Shown here: positions 39,490-51,925 of the stretch, in pieces | Position numbering within the stretch: the stretch's first letter is position 1 | Layout: every line of letters begins with the position of its first letter | Source: Antedon mediterranea | Taxonomy: Eukaryota > Animalia > Echinodermata | NCBI RefSeq assembly: GCF_964355755.1 | Contig: NC_092672.1 | Location: 28,154,437 to 28,218,436 of the forward strand | Direction of reading: 5' to 3' | Length of the DNA: 64,000 nt | Position numbers and translations under genes: made by a program | Notes under the pieces: generated by a model | Databases searched by the model: none | Seen by the model: the letters and a program-made list of their open reading frames with translations, nothing else | Told to the model about the DNA's origin: nothing

Positions 39490-41099
39490 TTAGTCTGTTG
39501 TAGACAAAAATAGAGTCGCCGATTACCTCGCTCTGGGCATGCGCAATAGCGTGTCGGATTCCCTAACGCTGGGCAGTTGAGTTACGGTGCCGGAATCCTA
39601 TGACCACGGCGTAAATATTAATACAGTGTTGCAATATTATTTACATAAATTTAATTGATTGCATATTTTACGTGTAAGTGTGAAATGATGTTCTGAATTT
39701 TGTTTATGTACAGTATGATTTTTGAACAATGTGTTAAAGATATAATTGAACTGAACAATTTTTTTTTTAAATGTTTTGTTGAATATGCCGTCACTGTAGA
39801 GTTGTTCACTTTGACCAAAAAATTAGATTTCAAAAAATGCATTTGTACCTGAAAAGGGGGACAATTTAAACAAACAATTGGTTTTTGGTTAAATATACTG
39901 TTTATTTTGTATTTTTGTTAAGTGAAATATTTATTGTTTTTGTTTATTTTCTACGGCAAGTGAATATCTAAATTGTTAAAATTGCAAAATGGCAAGGTAT
40001 TCAAAGTATGATTGTATTAATCTTCATTGTTCATGTTTTTTGGGGACAATAAATCTTTCAATTAATTTTTTACTGTATTATTTTTGTTTAAACTACAGTA
40101 ACTTGATTGAATTTGTTTCAGGTTTGGAAAAATAATATTGCCACACTTTTGGAAACCATAGGACAATGTCAACACAGGAATCGAGGCAACTGTTTATTGA
40201 CTAATAATCGGAACAATGCAATTACAGTAATGTGTTATTGCCATCATTTGGACTTCTGCAACATTAGCACAAGGCACCTGTGACGTGTGTTGTATTTTAC
40301 TGTAATCAGCCAATATTTATAGTTATTCAATCATGTTAGTTGGCAAACATATTACAAACTGGTTATTAGTATATTATTTATACTTAACATTGGTACCTGA
40401 GAACTGTCAGTGAGGATGTACATTATTTGATTGTTGCTTGGATTTTGCCTGATGATTTGATAACACCTGATTAAATGTTATTTTATGTTTTTATAGAAAT
40501 TAAAGATTAGTGAGATATACAGTATTTATAAAATGTCTCTATTGATGGATTCTGCGACGTAACAGTAACTTTACTACCAACTACTTTAAAACCGTTGATT
40601 CAAATTGGATATAGTAATTCAACAAATCAATTACCATTGAAAATATGCCAGATTTCAGCTTGATTTATTTTGGTTGTGTTACTATAAGCTGTTCTTCTAA
40701 TAACTAAACCATTGCTGTGTTAAATTAATGTTGATAATTTCTATGTTGAATCAACGGTAAATATGTGTTTACACTGAATCAACGTTGATCTGTATACGTT
40801 GATTAAACGTTATTTTTTCTACCTTGAATTTGGTTGATTACTCTACAATGGATCAACGTTGATATTTTTTAAAATTTAAACTTTAATTCAACAGTTTTTC
40901 AGCGTTATTTCAACGTTTGCGGATAATGTTGAATTAACTTTAATATTTCAACATTGAATCAACGTTGATAATTTCAACGTTAAATCTATGTTGAAATTTA
41001 CGTTGATGCAAATTTTCATTTCAACTTAATTATTACGTTGTTTCAACGTTAATAATTTCAACATTGAATCAACATTGATAATTTCAACGTAGACATTTT

Positions 41100-41760
41100 T
41101 ACGTTGTTTCAACGTTGATAATCTATGTTGAATCAACGTTGACATTTTTGTTGAGGCAAACTTTCATTTTCAACCATTTTTTCAACGTTATTTCAACGTT
41201 ACTTATTTTAACGTTGTTTCAACGTTGATAATTTCTATGTTGATTCAACGTTGACATTTACGTTGAGGCAAACTTTCATTTTCAACCATTTTTTCAACGT
41301 TATTTCAACGTTACCTATTTTAACGTTGTTTCAACGTTGATAATTTCTATGTTGATTCAACGTTGACATTTACGTTGAGGCAAACTTTCATTTTCAACCA
41401 TTTTTTCAACGTTATTTCAACGTTACCTATTTTAACGTTGTTTCAACGTTGATAATTTCTATGTTGATTCAACGTTGACATTTACGTTGAGGCAAACTTT
41501 CATTTTCAACCATTTTTTCAACGTTATTTCAACGTTACCTATTTTAACGTTGTTTCAACGTTGATAATTTCTATGTTGATTCAACGTTGACATTTACGTT
41601 GAGGCAAACTTTCATTTTCAACCATTTTTTCAACGTTATTTCAACGTTACTTATTTTAACGTTGTTTCAACGTTGATAATTTCTATGTTGATTCAACGTT
41701 GACATTTACGTTGAGGCAAACTTTCATTTTCAACCACTTTTTCAACGTTATTTCAACGTT
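41100..41760. repeat. 112-bp tandem array (about 6 copies), right arm of the 7.1-kb element
   Basis: GAGGCAAACTTTC recurs at 41153, 41265, 41377, 41489, 41601 and 41713. The unit is rich in CAACGTT. Confidence 0.95.
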
Positions 41761-43432
41761 TGCAGATAACGTTGAATTAACGTTAATTCAACCAATTTTT
41801 GCCCACTGGGTTACTACTGTATTAGTATTTAGCCAAATTAAAAAAACAATTCTTCTCACATATTAGAGCATTAGTATTATTATAGGCCTATAGATAACAA
41901 TAATTTACTAAGTTCACCGATTGCATGAACACACGTGGTATGTGAACTGCGACTAAACAATAAACTATCTAGGCCTAGAGCTTTACTCAATTTGGTTTTT
42001 TTAAGGCGAATGTTATCTTATAAACCAAAGCATGTTCGAGAATTAATTTGCTGCCACCTAAGTACTGCTCCACCGAGTAAGCTCTTTAGCATAGTCAGGT
42101 ACGTGCAGTGGTTACGTATATTGGCTGTTTTTTGCTTAGAAGTCAAAATATGGTAGGCACAGTATACAGTCTTTAGAAGTTACCTTAATTACTTAGCAAA
42201 GTGTTTGCAAACTGTGTACTGTATAAGAATAGGGAAACTATGACCCCGCCCCCAACGGTTTATTATCATTTTATACCCAACTCGTTTTCTGCGTTCGCCA
42301 TTTCCCTCTATTTGCCGTTAGAATGGAAGTAAACTTGAATATGTGTATCGTACAATACAATTTAACAAAAAAGTAAAGGAAATTTGTAATACATGTTTAA
42401 ATCATTAACCACGTGCTGAGCAATATTATTTTGTACATCCTGCTGCGAACTTCTTCTTCTAAAGCGGAAGAACAGCCACACGACACTTCATGATTAAAGT
42501 AGTTTATCAGTAATTTTGTATTCTTGCGCTTAAAAAAATCAGACGCGCGCGTTGATGAATCGAATTCATCCATATCTTCCAATCAAAGTCAAGGACATTT
42601 ATTATAGAAAGTTTTTTATAATTTTGTTTAAATTGGGGAGGAGCTTAGTTCGAATTTATTTTTGACGTAATATAAATGAGAATGCGTAGTCGCTATAATA
42701 AAACGCTTCCGTCTGATGACTCATATATTTCTTCCAGACATCCCTGGCGTTTTACTTTCGTTTTCATAACAATAGTTGATTGTACACCAATAAAATCAGC
42801 ACACGTGCTGATGTTTTGTTTAGCTAGTTTTACAATTTTTGTGTAGGGCCTACTAAAAAACAGTAATAATATTTGTATGTGTTGCTATGTTACCGTTAAT
42901 TTGAAATATGTTACTTCCGACTTTTGAGCAAATAGAATGATATTTAATACATTATTTTTGCTTCCGAATTTTAAGCAAATAGATAGAATCAAATATCTGT
43001 TAATTTAATAAAACAAAAACTTATGAAATGTGATAAAACCATATTACATTATCCGTCATCTTAGATCTATTTTTTTCTTTTGTGGCGCGAACCACCACTT
43101 TTATTCTTTCATAATAGGCCTCCAGTATCATAAATACATTACAAATAATCATCATTATGGTCGTCATTTCTTCGTCATCGTACTATCTTTATTCTCTTCT
43201 TTATCGTCTCATCGTCATCGTCTCACCGTAATATTCTCGTCGTCATATCACCGTTATTCTCTTTGTCATCGTTAGCGTCTCATTCACCGTTTCGTCGTTT
43301 CTCGCCGTTATCGTCACTGTTTAATCGTCTAATCATAATCGTCATCGTCTCACCGTTATCATCATCGTCGTCTCATCGTCGTTTCACATAATCGCTATCT
43401 TCCTAACGTTATCACCATCGTCATCGTCTCAC

Positions 43433-43452
43433 CAGGGAGGTATACCTTCATG
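43433..43452. mobile_element. 20-bp quasi-palindromic insertion with 7-bp TSD
   Basis: gtctcac-CAGGGAGGTATACCTTCATG-gtctcac. Confidence 0.7.
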
Positions 43453-44833
43453 GTCTCACCGTATACCACCATTGTCTCATCATCGACTCACCAATCGTTA
43501 TCGTCTCACCGTATATACCACCATTGCCTCATCGTCGTCTCACCAATTGTCATCGTCTCACCGTATACCACCATTGCCTCATCGTCGTCTCACCAATTGT
43601 CATCGTCTCACCGTATACCACCATTGTCTCATCGTCGTCTCACCAATCGTTATCGTCTCACCATATACCACCATTGTCTCATCATCGTCTCACTATATAC
43701 CACCATTGTCTCATCGTCGTCTCAACAATCGTCATCGTCTCACCATACCATTGTCTCATCATTGTCTCACCAATCGTTATCGTCTCACCATACCACCATT
43801 GTCTCATCATCGTCTCACCAATCGTCACCGTCTCACCATATACCACCATTGTCTCATCGTCGTCTCACCAATCATCATCGGCTCACCATACCACCATTGT
43901 CTCATCGTCGTCTCATCAATCGTCATCGTCTCACCGTATACAACCATTGTCTCATCGTCGTCTCACCAATCGTTATCGTCTCACCATATACCACCAATGT
44001 CTCATCGTCTCACCAATCGTCATCGTCTCACTATATACCACCATTGTCTCATCGTCGTCTCACCAATCGTCATCGTCTTACCATACCACCATTGTCTCAT
44101 CATTGTCTCATCAATCGTTATCGTCTCACCATACCACCATTGTCTCATCGTCGTCTCACCAATCGTCATCGTCTCACCGTATACAACCATTGTCTCATCG
44201 TCGTCTCACCAATCGTTATCGTCTCACCGATACCACCATTGCCTCATCGTCGTCTCACCAATCGTTATCGTCTCACCGTACACCACCATTGTCTCATCGT
44301 CGTCTCACCAATCGTCATCGTCTCACCGTATACCACCATTGTCTCATCGTCTTCTCACCAATCGTCACCGTCTCATCGTATACCACCATTGTCTCATCAT
44401 CGTCGTCATGGTCTCCCCATACCACCATTGTCTCATCGTCGTCTCACCAATCGTCATGGTCTCCCAATACCACCATTGTCTCAACGTCGTCTCACCAATC
44501 GTCATTGTCTCACTGTATACCACCATTGTCTCAACGTCGTCTCACCAATCGTCATCGTCTCACCGTATACCACCATTATCTCATCGCCGTCTCACCAATC
44601 GTCATGGTCTCCCAATACCACCATTGTCTCAACGTCGTCTCACCAATCGTCATCGTGTCACCGTATACCACCATTGTCTCAACGTCGTCTCACCAATCGT
44701 CATCGTCTCACCGTATACCACCATTGTCTCATCATCGTCTCACCAATCGTTATCGTCTGACCGTTATCACCATCGCCTCATCATCGTATCACCAATCGTT
44801 ATCGTCTCACCGTATACCACCATTGTCTCATCG
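43453..44833. repeat. G-poor minisatellite, 48-50 bp unit, about 28 copies, degenerate flanks to about 43200 and 44870
   Basis: The unit is CCATTGTCTCATCGTCGTCTCACCAATCGTCATCGTCTCACCGTATACCA. The 50-bp period was checked at 43521/43571/43621. Confidence 0.95.
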
Positions 44834-45287
44834 TCAAAGTCTCTCCATAATCGTCATCGTCTCACCGTCCATCATGGTATCGCCGTAAGTCGTCGTCATC
44901 ATCCTCTCATCAGGTATCAGCACCATCCAATTAAGGTCTACTTATATGATTTATATATCATTACATAACACACTCATTAGTTTCTATATGTATTTAACTT
45001 ATGTTATTTAACATAACCATAAACTGTTTGTTTTAACGATTTTACAACAACGGATGTGAAACTGAAAATGAACCTCGGAAATAATAATGGGGGAATGGCA
45101 TTTTGAACTCGTCGTATATCCGTTCATTTCCGATAGCTGAAAGGAAGTTGCTCAATATCTATGTCCATAAATGCCGATGAAGATGAAGATAATGTTTGAT
45201 TAAACCAACACAATAAGAAGATAACCTATTTCAATTACCGGCGATCGACAACAAGTGAAACAGACCAAATGCTGTCTTTTGTTTTAA

Positions 45288-45432
45288 GCTCTGTCTACAC
45301 TATAAAAAAAAGTGTGATGTGCCCAAATATGGAAGTGATATGCACAAATATGGTAGTGTTATGACATCATCATTTCCATATTATGGGCACATCACTTTTT
45401 TTTGTCACAGTTTGATGTGTAGACAGAGAGCT
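45288..45432. mobile_element. MITE family C copy
   Basis: AGCTCTGTCTACACTAT...GTGTAGACAGAGAGCT, homologous to 26356-26500 in the opposite orientation. Confidence 0.7.
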
Positions 45433-45554
45433 TTATAATAAAAAATAAACAAATCTCAATCATTCATTTATATCATTTTATTAATCTATTGACCCCTCTC
45501 GGAACATGAGATTTTACAATATGACACTTAACTCTTGCTCCTCTTTATAACTTT

Positions 45555-45870
45555 AAAGTGTATTGTCCCCCTGAAAAATAATTTCTAAAAAGGTTGTTGA
45601 TGAATATGCTATTTTAATGTCACATAATAGCTATCCACTTATACCAAAAAATGGATCTAAAAAAAATGTTTTTCTTGAAAAAAACTGTAATTTTCCTGAA
45701 AAAACTGTATTTTAAAGCAACAAATAGTCAAATTGGCTGCCAGGCAATGGATTTTCGGTTCAATTTAACCATTTATTATGTCATTTATAAGTGAAAAATT
45801 AAAGTGATTAATGTTATTAAACTACAAAATAACCTATTCTGATTTCAAGATTTTGAGGGACAATACATCT
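45555..45870. mobile_element. MITE family B copy (inverted relative to 22630-22948)
   Basis: GTATTGTCCCCCTGAAAAATAA...AAATTGGCTGCCAG...GGGACAATACATCT. Confidence 0.75.
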
Positions 45871-46174
45871 TCAATTCTCTCTGCTCTTTATATATATTTT
45901 ACAAATAAACATTTATTATTATTTTGCTATTCAAAGTTGCTTTTATATAATAATATGTTTTAATCATCACCATCACCAATGATGGCCGATCGATCCGTTG
46001 TAACATTTGGAACTCCGTAACGGCAATCATGTGATTCCATTTTGACCAATCACGTTCTAAAACAAGAACACGCATTCCTCTCAAGTTAGCCCAGCAGAGG
46101 TGGGCCTACATTTACACATTATTGCATACAAATACCTAGGATATAAATGGTATTAAGATAATTATGATGATTAA

Positions 46175-46337
46175 TGCTTGGTTTCCACTTGGGACGAAAG
46201 ACAAGGACGTAACGCAACGTATGTGAGTTGACCAATCACAAGCGATGCGATGGATTATTCGAACTGTCGCTTGTCATTGGTCAACACGTTTGCGTTGCGT
46301 TTACGTCCTTACGTTTCGTCCTAGTGACAACCAAGCT
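46175..46337. mobile_element. Diverged MITE family A copy
   Basis: GCTTGGTTTCCACT...CTAGTGACAACCAAGCT with TAA/TTA flanks. Confidence 0.75.
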
Positions 46338-47202
46338 TTAGTATACAAAACCTTTACATCACCAAACAGTAAATATGCATATAGGCCACATGGCTCAGTG
46401 TTTATGAAGAGTTTTATTTATTCATCATGAGTTGAAAGATTGACCGTTCTTTGGTAACATCAGGGAAAAGAGTAACATTACAATTTTTCTCCTCTATTAA
46501 TCTTTTAAAACAGATTTTCAACGAAATTCTTACCATTCAACGAATACAAAACATTCATTACTTGTTTTAGCAATTTTTCTAAAGTTAGGCCTAATCCAAG
46601 GCCATTAAAAAAGTTCAGCGCTCGGATGGCCGCGGAGTAGAACGGTTATAGACGGCACACACTCACATGTTTTTAACGCCCAAAATGATTTGTATTGATG
46701 AACTAAACCTTTTTTTCTTTATATATTAAATTAAAGAACGATTGCTTCAGGTTTGCCGAGGAGAAAACCGCTGGGAAATTACCTCCTTAAGGATAATCCA
46801 AAATGTGTTTTATGCCTAGTACCCGGCCTAGTAGGCCTATAAGTAGTAAAGGGAAGAACAGTTGCCATCTCGGGATTTTACCTCCTTATCAGATGGCAAT
46901 ATTTATCAATGTTGCTTTTAGGCCTAGTATTAAGAAAGAAATTCACTCACTCTTATGCTAGTTGACAATAAAACCCATGGGTTTTTGTAGCTCCTAATCG
47001 CTGCTTTGTGTAGTTTTGTAAGCCTATAATTCAAACACTTGGTAAGGTGCTGGAAGCCTACTGAAAAATAAAATAAACCTAAAATCGCCAACCCCATTAT
47101 TTATTCCACTACTGATTTTTCAGATAATACAGTAATATGTACAGTATTAGTATTTCATGAAACACGTTTTAGACCTGAAATAACTTATATATGGCGTCAT
47201 TC

Positions 47203-47570
47203 CACACAGTAAAAAAATCACCGTTGTTACGTTTGGTGCTGACTTGAGAAACAAACTTATGCTGCTGCTCACTAATGATTTATATCGTTTGACTTTAGGT
47301 GCCTGTGAGGTAAGTTATTCGGGACATTCCTACAGGGAGCAGAAACCACTTTCCCACGACCTGCAACAAATAAAGGTCACGTGACAGGTATTTAAGTATT
47401 TCATAATTCTCTTATAATCCATCCCGTACTCGTCCAAGTACACAAACTTCTTGATGCGTTGCCAAGAAAAACTTTTTTTGGTGGAGAAATAAATGATTGT
47501 TAAAAACACGTTATACCGCCACCAACGATAACGTTTGTTTTACCTTACTGTACCGTATTTTTACTGTGTG
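47203..47570. mobile_element. Possible 368-bp MITE with CACACAGTAAAAA termini
   Basis: 13-bp inverted termini with no clear TSD. It contains TTCCCACG (47351) and CACGTG. Confidence 0.4.
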
Positions 47571-47701
47571 TAAACTTTTGAAAATTATTGTTTAAAAAGG
47601 ATTGCAATATGTGAACTAATTAGGCATGTGTTTCACAGAATCTAGATTCTAGAAATGTTAATGTTCCTTCCTTCAGTTCTATTCATAGCATTTATAATTA
47701 A

Positions 47702-48333
47702 AGACCCCTTCCCTGCAATTTTGGACGTTTTGTGGAAAATAATACATATATATCACTTTAAAAACATTAAACCATGTCATTCCTTGTCTTAAATGTACGT
47801 TTTATGGTAAATTATGATAAAAAGTGAGAAACAATGCACTACCTAAGTAGCTCGCGGCGATCGACCTCTCGTGGACGGTCTTAGGCCTAGCCTGGCTAGG
47901 CTTAGTTTTGTAGGCCTAGCTGGTAAACATCGGTAACGTGCGAACATCGTACGCTAGCTATAGGCCTATACCTAGCCTGACGTTGTATAGTTGCTGCATT
48001 AATTGTCTTTCTATTTTTGCCAGACTCCGTTGATACAAATTGGGGAAAACCCGGTATTTTCGCTGAAAAGTTAGGAGTCTTCCATTTGTTTTGGCCTCAC
48101 GATCGATCGAAAAGTGGGCGAATTACAGGTGAAAAACAAAAATATCAATCCGCGCGCAATGCATTTTGGGATTTATAGCGGGCCGCTATAATTATTAAAA
48201 TCGACTTATTTTTCACATTTTTAACCGTTTAAAGACGAAAAAAGTTATTGCAATAGGACCATATAGTATTATTTTTACATTAAATATAGTTTGTGATCTT
48301 AAATTAGATCTAAAAAACGTAGGGAATGGGGCT
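47702..48333. mobile_element. 632-bp non-autonomous element with TTAA TSD (Kolobok-like)
   Basis: TTAA-AGACCCCTTCCCT...AGGGAATGGGGCT-TTAA. Confidence 0.7.
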
Positions 48334-51306
48334 TTAAGCATGCGTAAGATGAGTTTTCCCATTGCTTTTTGTGCATGTGACGTGCAAGACTTTTCCCATA
48401 ATGCATTCCTTCATATCGCAACTTTTAACTCCTCGGCCTCTTTAATATATGTATTTGATAGCCTAGCTAGAGTTTATTTCCGGCGATTTCAACGCGACTA
48501 GGCCTACGCTGCTTCTATAAAACATACCTAATTCTCAATCTCAGTAGGCTTAAACAATTCTACATAGGCCTACCCGTATAGAGGTCTAGGCCTAGCTTCA
48601 GAAGGAGCCTAAGTATAGTAAACGCCATTTCCGAAAATGTTTTCATTTTGTGTTGTAGTTTATGTAAATTTTTCGTTGTTGTTTACTTTCCTTTCCTCAA
48701 GTAGGCTATTCGTTTTTCTTTCCTGTGATACGTAATCTATGGATCTAGTGGAAAACTGATAGCTCAGTACTGTACATTGCATAGTAATGGAGCAACACAA
48801 ATAATCCCTAGTATAACACATGTATATTCCAAGTGTAGCGAAAATAGAAAAACTATTGTAGATTTATATAAAGAGACACTGTTCAATATCTATTTCTTTT
48901 TAACAATCTTTTCATTGACGTCTTAATATCAATTATTTCAATCTGTAACGGGTCCTTGTTGAAAAGATGACAACACTGATTTTTAAAATGACAGATTGTC
49001 TGCGATCGTCATTTGAATGAAATCAGAAGTAGGCCTACGGTATTGTGTAGGCGGTTGTTTGATAGAATTATTATCGTCATTCACTTTTGTTTTATTACAA
49101 TGTCAAGCCAGTTCAAAACATCTTAATAAGACTTGACGTATTTTGGAGGCCTATTCATTTGTTTTCTTTCAAACAATGTCACTGGTTTATGAACTATTTG
49201 CGCCTTTCTTCCCTTTATTTAGATTCGGTCGTGCCTACACATATTTTTAATCAAAAGAATCATGTGAATTTTAGGCCTATGTTTTTCACAAATTACTTGC
49301 AAGTTGGCCTTTTGGCCACGATCTGTAATTTCTATGATTGTTATGATAATAAATATTTAATCATATAAGAACTGTGTAGGTGTATATTACATGCCCCTTT
49401 TTATGGAAAAGAGCTCCACGTAAAAAATCTTGACCACGGCTTTAAAATAAACAGTAGGCAAGTTTTATGTTTAAAAACAATTGAACGTAGACTACTATCT
49501 AAACTCAAGTATGAAAGGTTGTAAAATCGTCTGGTGTAGGCGTATGTAATTGATGGAGTTTTAATCCTTTGCCGTACTATTCTAAGCGATTTTGGTCATT
49601 ATTTCCTTTTGACGTCAGCAGTTTGTCGCTCGTAGTGACTTCCAATCCTGGATGTAAAAGTTCCGTACCATCTTGGCACCGAAGCCCTATGGTACCGTAC
49701 TAGTTAAATGTTATATTATCTCTATTATTAGAAGAATTACTTATTTCTCTAGCAATTATTCTTCAATCTGTCCGCTTGTTAGTACCCATCTCCGATGGGT
49801 ATTTTACATCCTTTTCGATGTTGACCTACACCTATACACGGTAGGCCTATACCATGGATCCTAGACCTATTCTTGGTACCGATACATTTATTAATCCATT
49901 AGTACTAGTAGGCCGTACGGTGCCCATCCCATGTTTGTCTTGTCAACTTAGTAGTATGCATACTTTTTACAGTGCATAACTTCGCAAAATCAGACATAGG
50001 ACTATAACGTCCATATTTTTTTAAGAATGTTGTAACGAAGCTCCAGTTTATTTGATGATCTGATTGTCAGTTGGTTATCTGGCTCTTCCTTCGCTGAATT
50101 TATATTATGTATTTCGAAATTTGTAGGCCTACACTTAAAAGATAATTGTCCTCCTGAAATATGACATTGCTTCTGACAGGGCCAACACATAGGCCCATGA
50201 AGTTGTACTTCGTCAAAAAGAACTTTATTTTATATACAATCTGCCAGTCCATCTACCGTAATAAATAGTAAACTGAACTTTCTTCCTATCATTTAAAATT
50301 TGATATTCTGCAACAAAACCGCAGACAGAATTGTGATTTTCTGTTTTTATTTTACTGGTCCGTGTCTGTGTGGCATCTGCGGTGAGAAGTTGTCTGGAAA
50401 TGCGTCCTTCTTAACCCAACAAATAGTATTGATAATTAGGCCCAAGAAAATACCTGTACTACAATAATTGGTGCGTATCTCGTAATCTAGACTGTATTTC
50501 GACTTAATATTATTGAAAAATATTAATTTTGGCACACATGACGTTTTATACGTATAGTACTTTTGGCTCAAAATCAGAAACGCAACGCAGACTGGTATGG
50601 CGTACTAACTGGATATAAAAATACCTACAATATTGCATAATAGTGTACAAGGAATCGCAGAAATAAAACAAAGTAACTACAATGACTTTTAACAGAAACT
50701 TTAGTGTATTATATTCCCTTGTGAAGGATACATTTAAAGTGAATAGCTAAAACTGATGAGACATCAATAGGACCATCTTTAGTGTTACCTAATAAAATTA
50801 CGCGATTTTCAGTGCTGTATACCTGTACTATTGGCCCTGTATCATAAGAATATTTGGTAATACTGTACAGCATGCATATCATTTGTATCACGTGTGTTGC
50901 TGCCTGTAGTATCATGTAAGGTTATGTTAAGCGTTTGGTTATGGTATATTACACTAGGAGATACATGTGTATTACCAAATACAGGTATTGCTATGATTCT
51001 GGAGAAATGAAGATACAGTATCGATAATCGGAATATAAAATAACAGATTAAGAATTACCGTACAGCTCAACGTCCCTTTCCGAAGGACGATGCAAATTGT
51101 TACTAGAGAAAATGGAAAACAGCATCAGCATTGGATTATGAAATGTCCCGGGATTGGGACGATTGCGTCATCGTCAGGTTTCATCACTTATACAGTACAG
51201 TACATCCTGTTCTAGATGAGATGTTGGAAAGTAATACAGTACAACTTCCGCTAAAACGAATTGTTAATAAATACAATGAAAACCAGTTTTAATTTTTATA
51301 TATTTC

Positions 51307-51312
51307 TTTATT
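51307..51312 (-). terminator. Candidate HES polyadenylation signal AATAAA
   Basis: The plus strand has TTTATT about 615 nt downstream of the stop codon. The miRNA-site cluster lies between the two. Confidence 0.55.
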
Positions 51313-51350
51313 TTTTTTAAAGATGTCAATACTTATCTTCTAAAATTGAC

Positions 51351-51800
51351 TATCACAAATATATATATATATATATTATTCTCAGTATGAAACGAACATT
51401 AGCAAGTAAAACTTTCAACAAAATTCCCGAACATGATTAACAAACTCAAACACAAGTATAGTTTAAAACGCAAAAATAATGGAAGTCTCTTTGCATAGAG
51501 TTTGGTCAAGATAAAACCTAATATATATTTCACCGTATGGAACGAATCTTAACAATTGAAAATCTAAACAAAACTCAATTATAACAAAAGTAAACGCAGA
51601 ATGGAAGACGAGTCTCTTTGCATAGAGTTTGGTCAAGTAGAAATGGAAGCTTGATTTAAACTTTAAAAGCTAATATTTTGCATAGATAAATAGTGATTAG
51701 CAGTAAACGACAATGCTATATTTCAAACATTGATTTAAAGCTTTAAAAAACAAGGAAACACACACATTGGATGAATACAAAACAAAATTATATTATCACA
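51351..51800 (-). promoter_or_regulatory. HES 3' UTR miRNA-site cluster: 3x miR-153 8-mer, GY box (miR-7 8-mer), Brd box, 2x K box
   Basis: Plus-strand TTGCATAG at 51491, 51618 and 51678; TGGAAGAC at 51602; TAAAGCT at 51736; TATCACA at 51351 and 51794. Confidence 0.65.
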
Positions 51801-51925
51801 ACAATGCATTTTAAACACTCGCATGCTCTGAATATTCGTAAAAATATAAATTATCTTATAGTACATATTAACAAACGTTTTCGAATGTATCGTTTTTGGA
51901 AATGTTTTTGATTGGTCAAAAGTTT

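Larger units (their letters stand above)
34707..41810. mobile_element. 7.1-kb non-autonomous DNA transposon with CCCAG termini (EnSpm/CACTA-like by inference)
   Basis: 11-bp TIRs CCCAGTGGGCA / TGCCCACTGGG with TT on both flanks. Both subterminal regions are built from CAACGTTG motifs. No transposase ORF is seen. Confidence 0.75.

Noticed and set aside
43450-44968. Three overlapping 436-498 aa ORFs rich in H/S/I/V/P
   Set aside because: They lie on a 48-50 bp minisatellite whose plus strand lacks stop codons. All three frames are open and cycle through the same peptides, so this is a repeat artefact.
51499-51640. miR-9 sites in the HES 3' UTR
   Set aside because: Only ACCAAAC is present (an offset 6-mer), not the seed match ACCAAAG.
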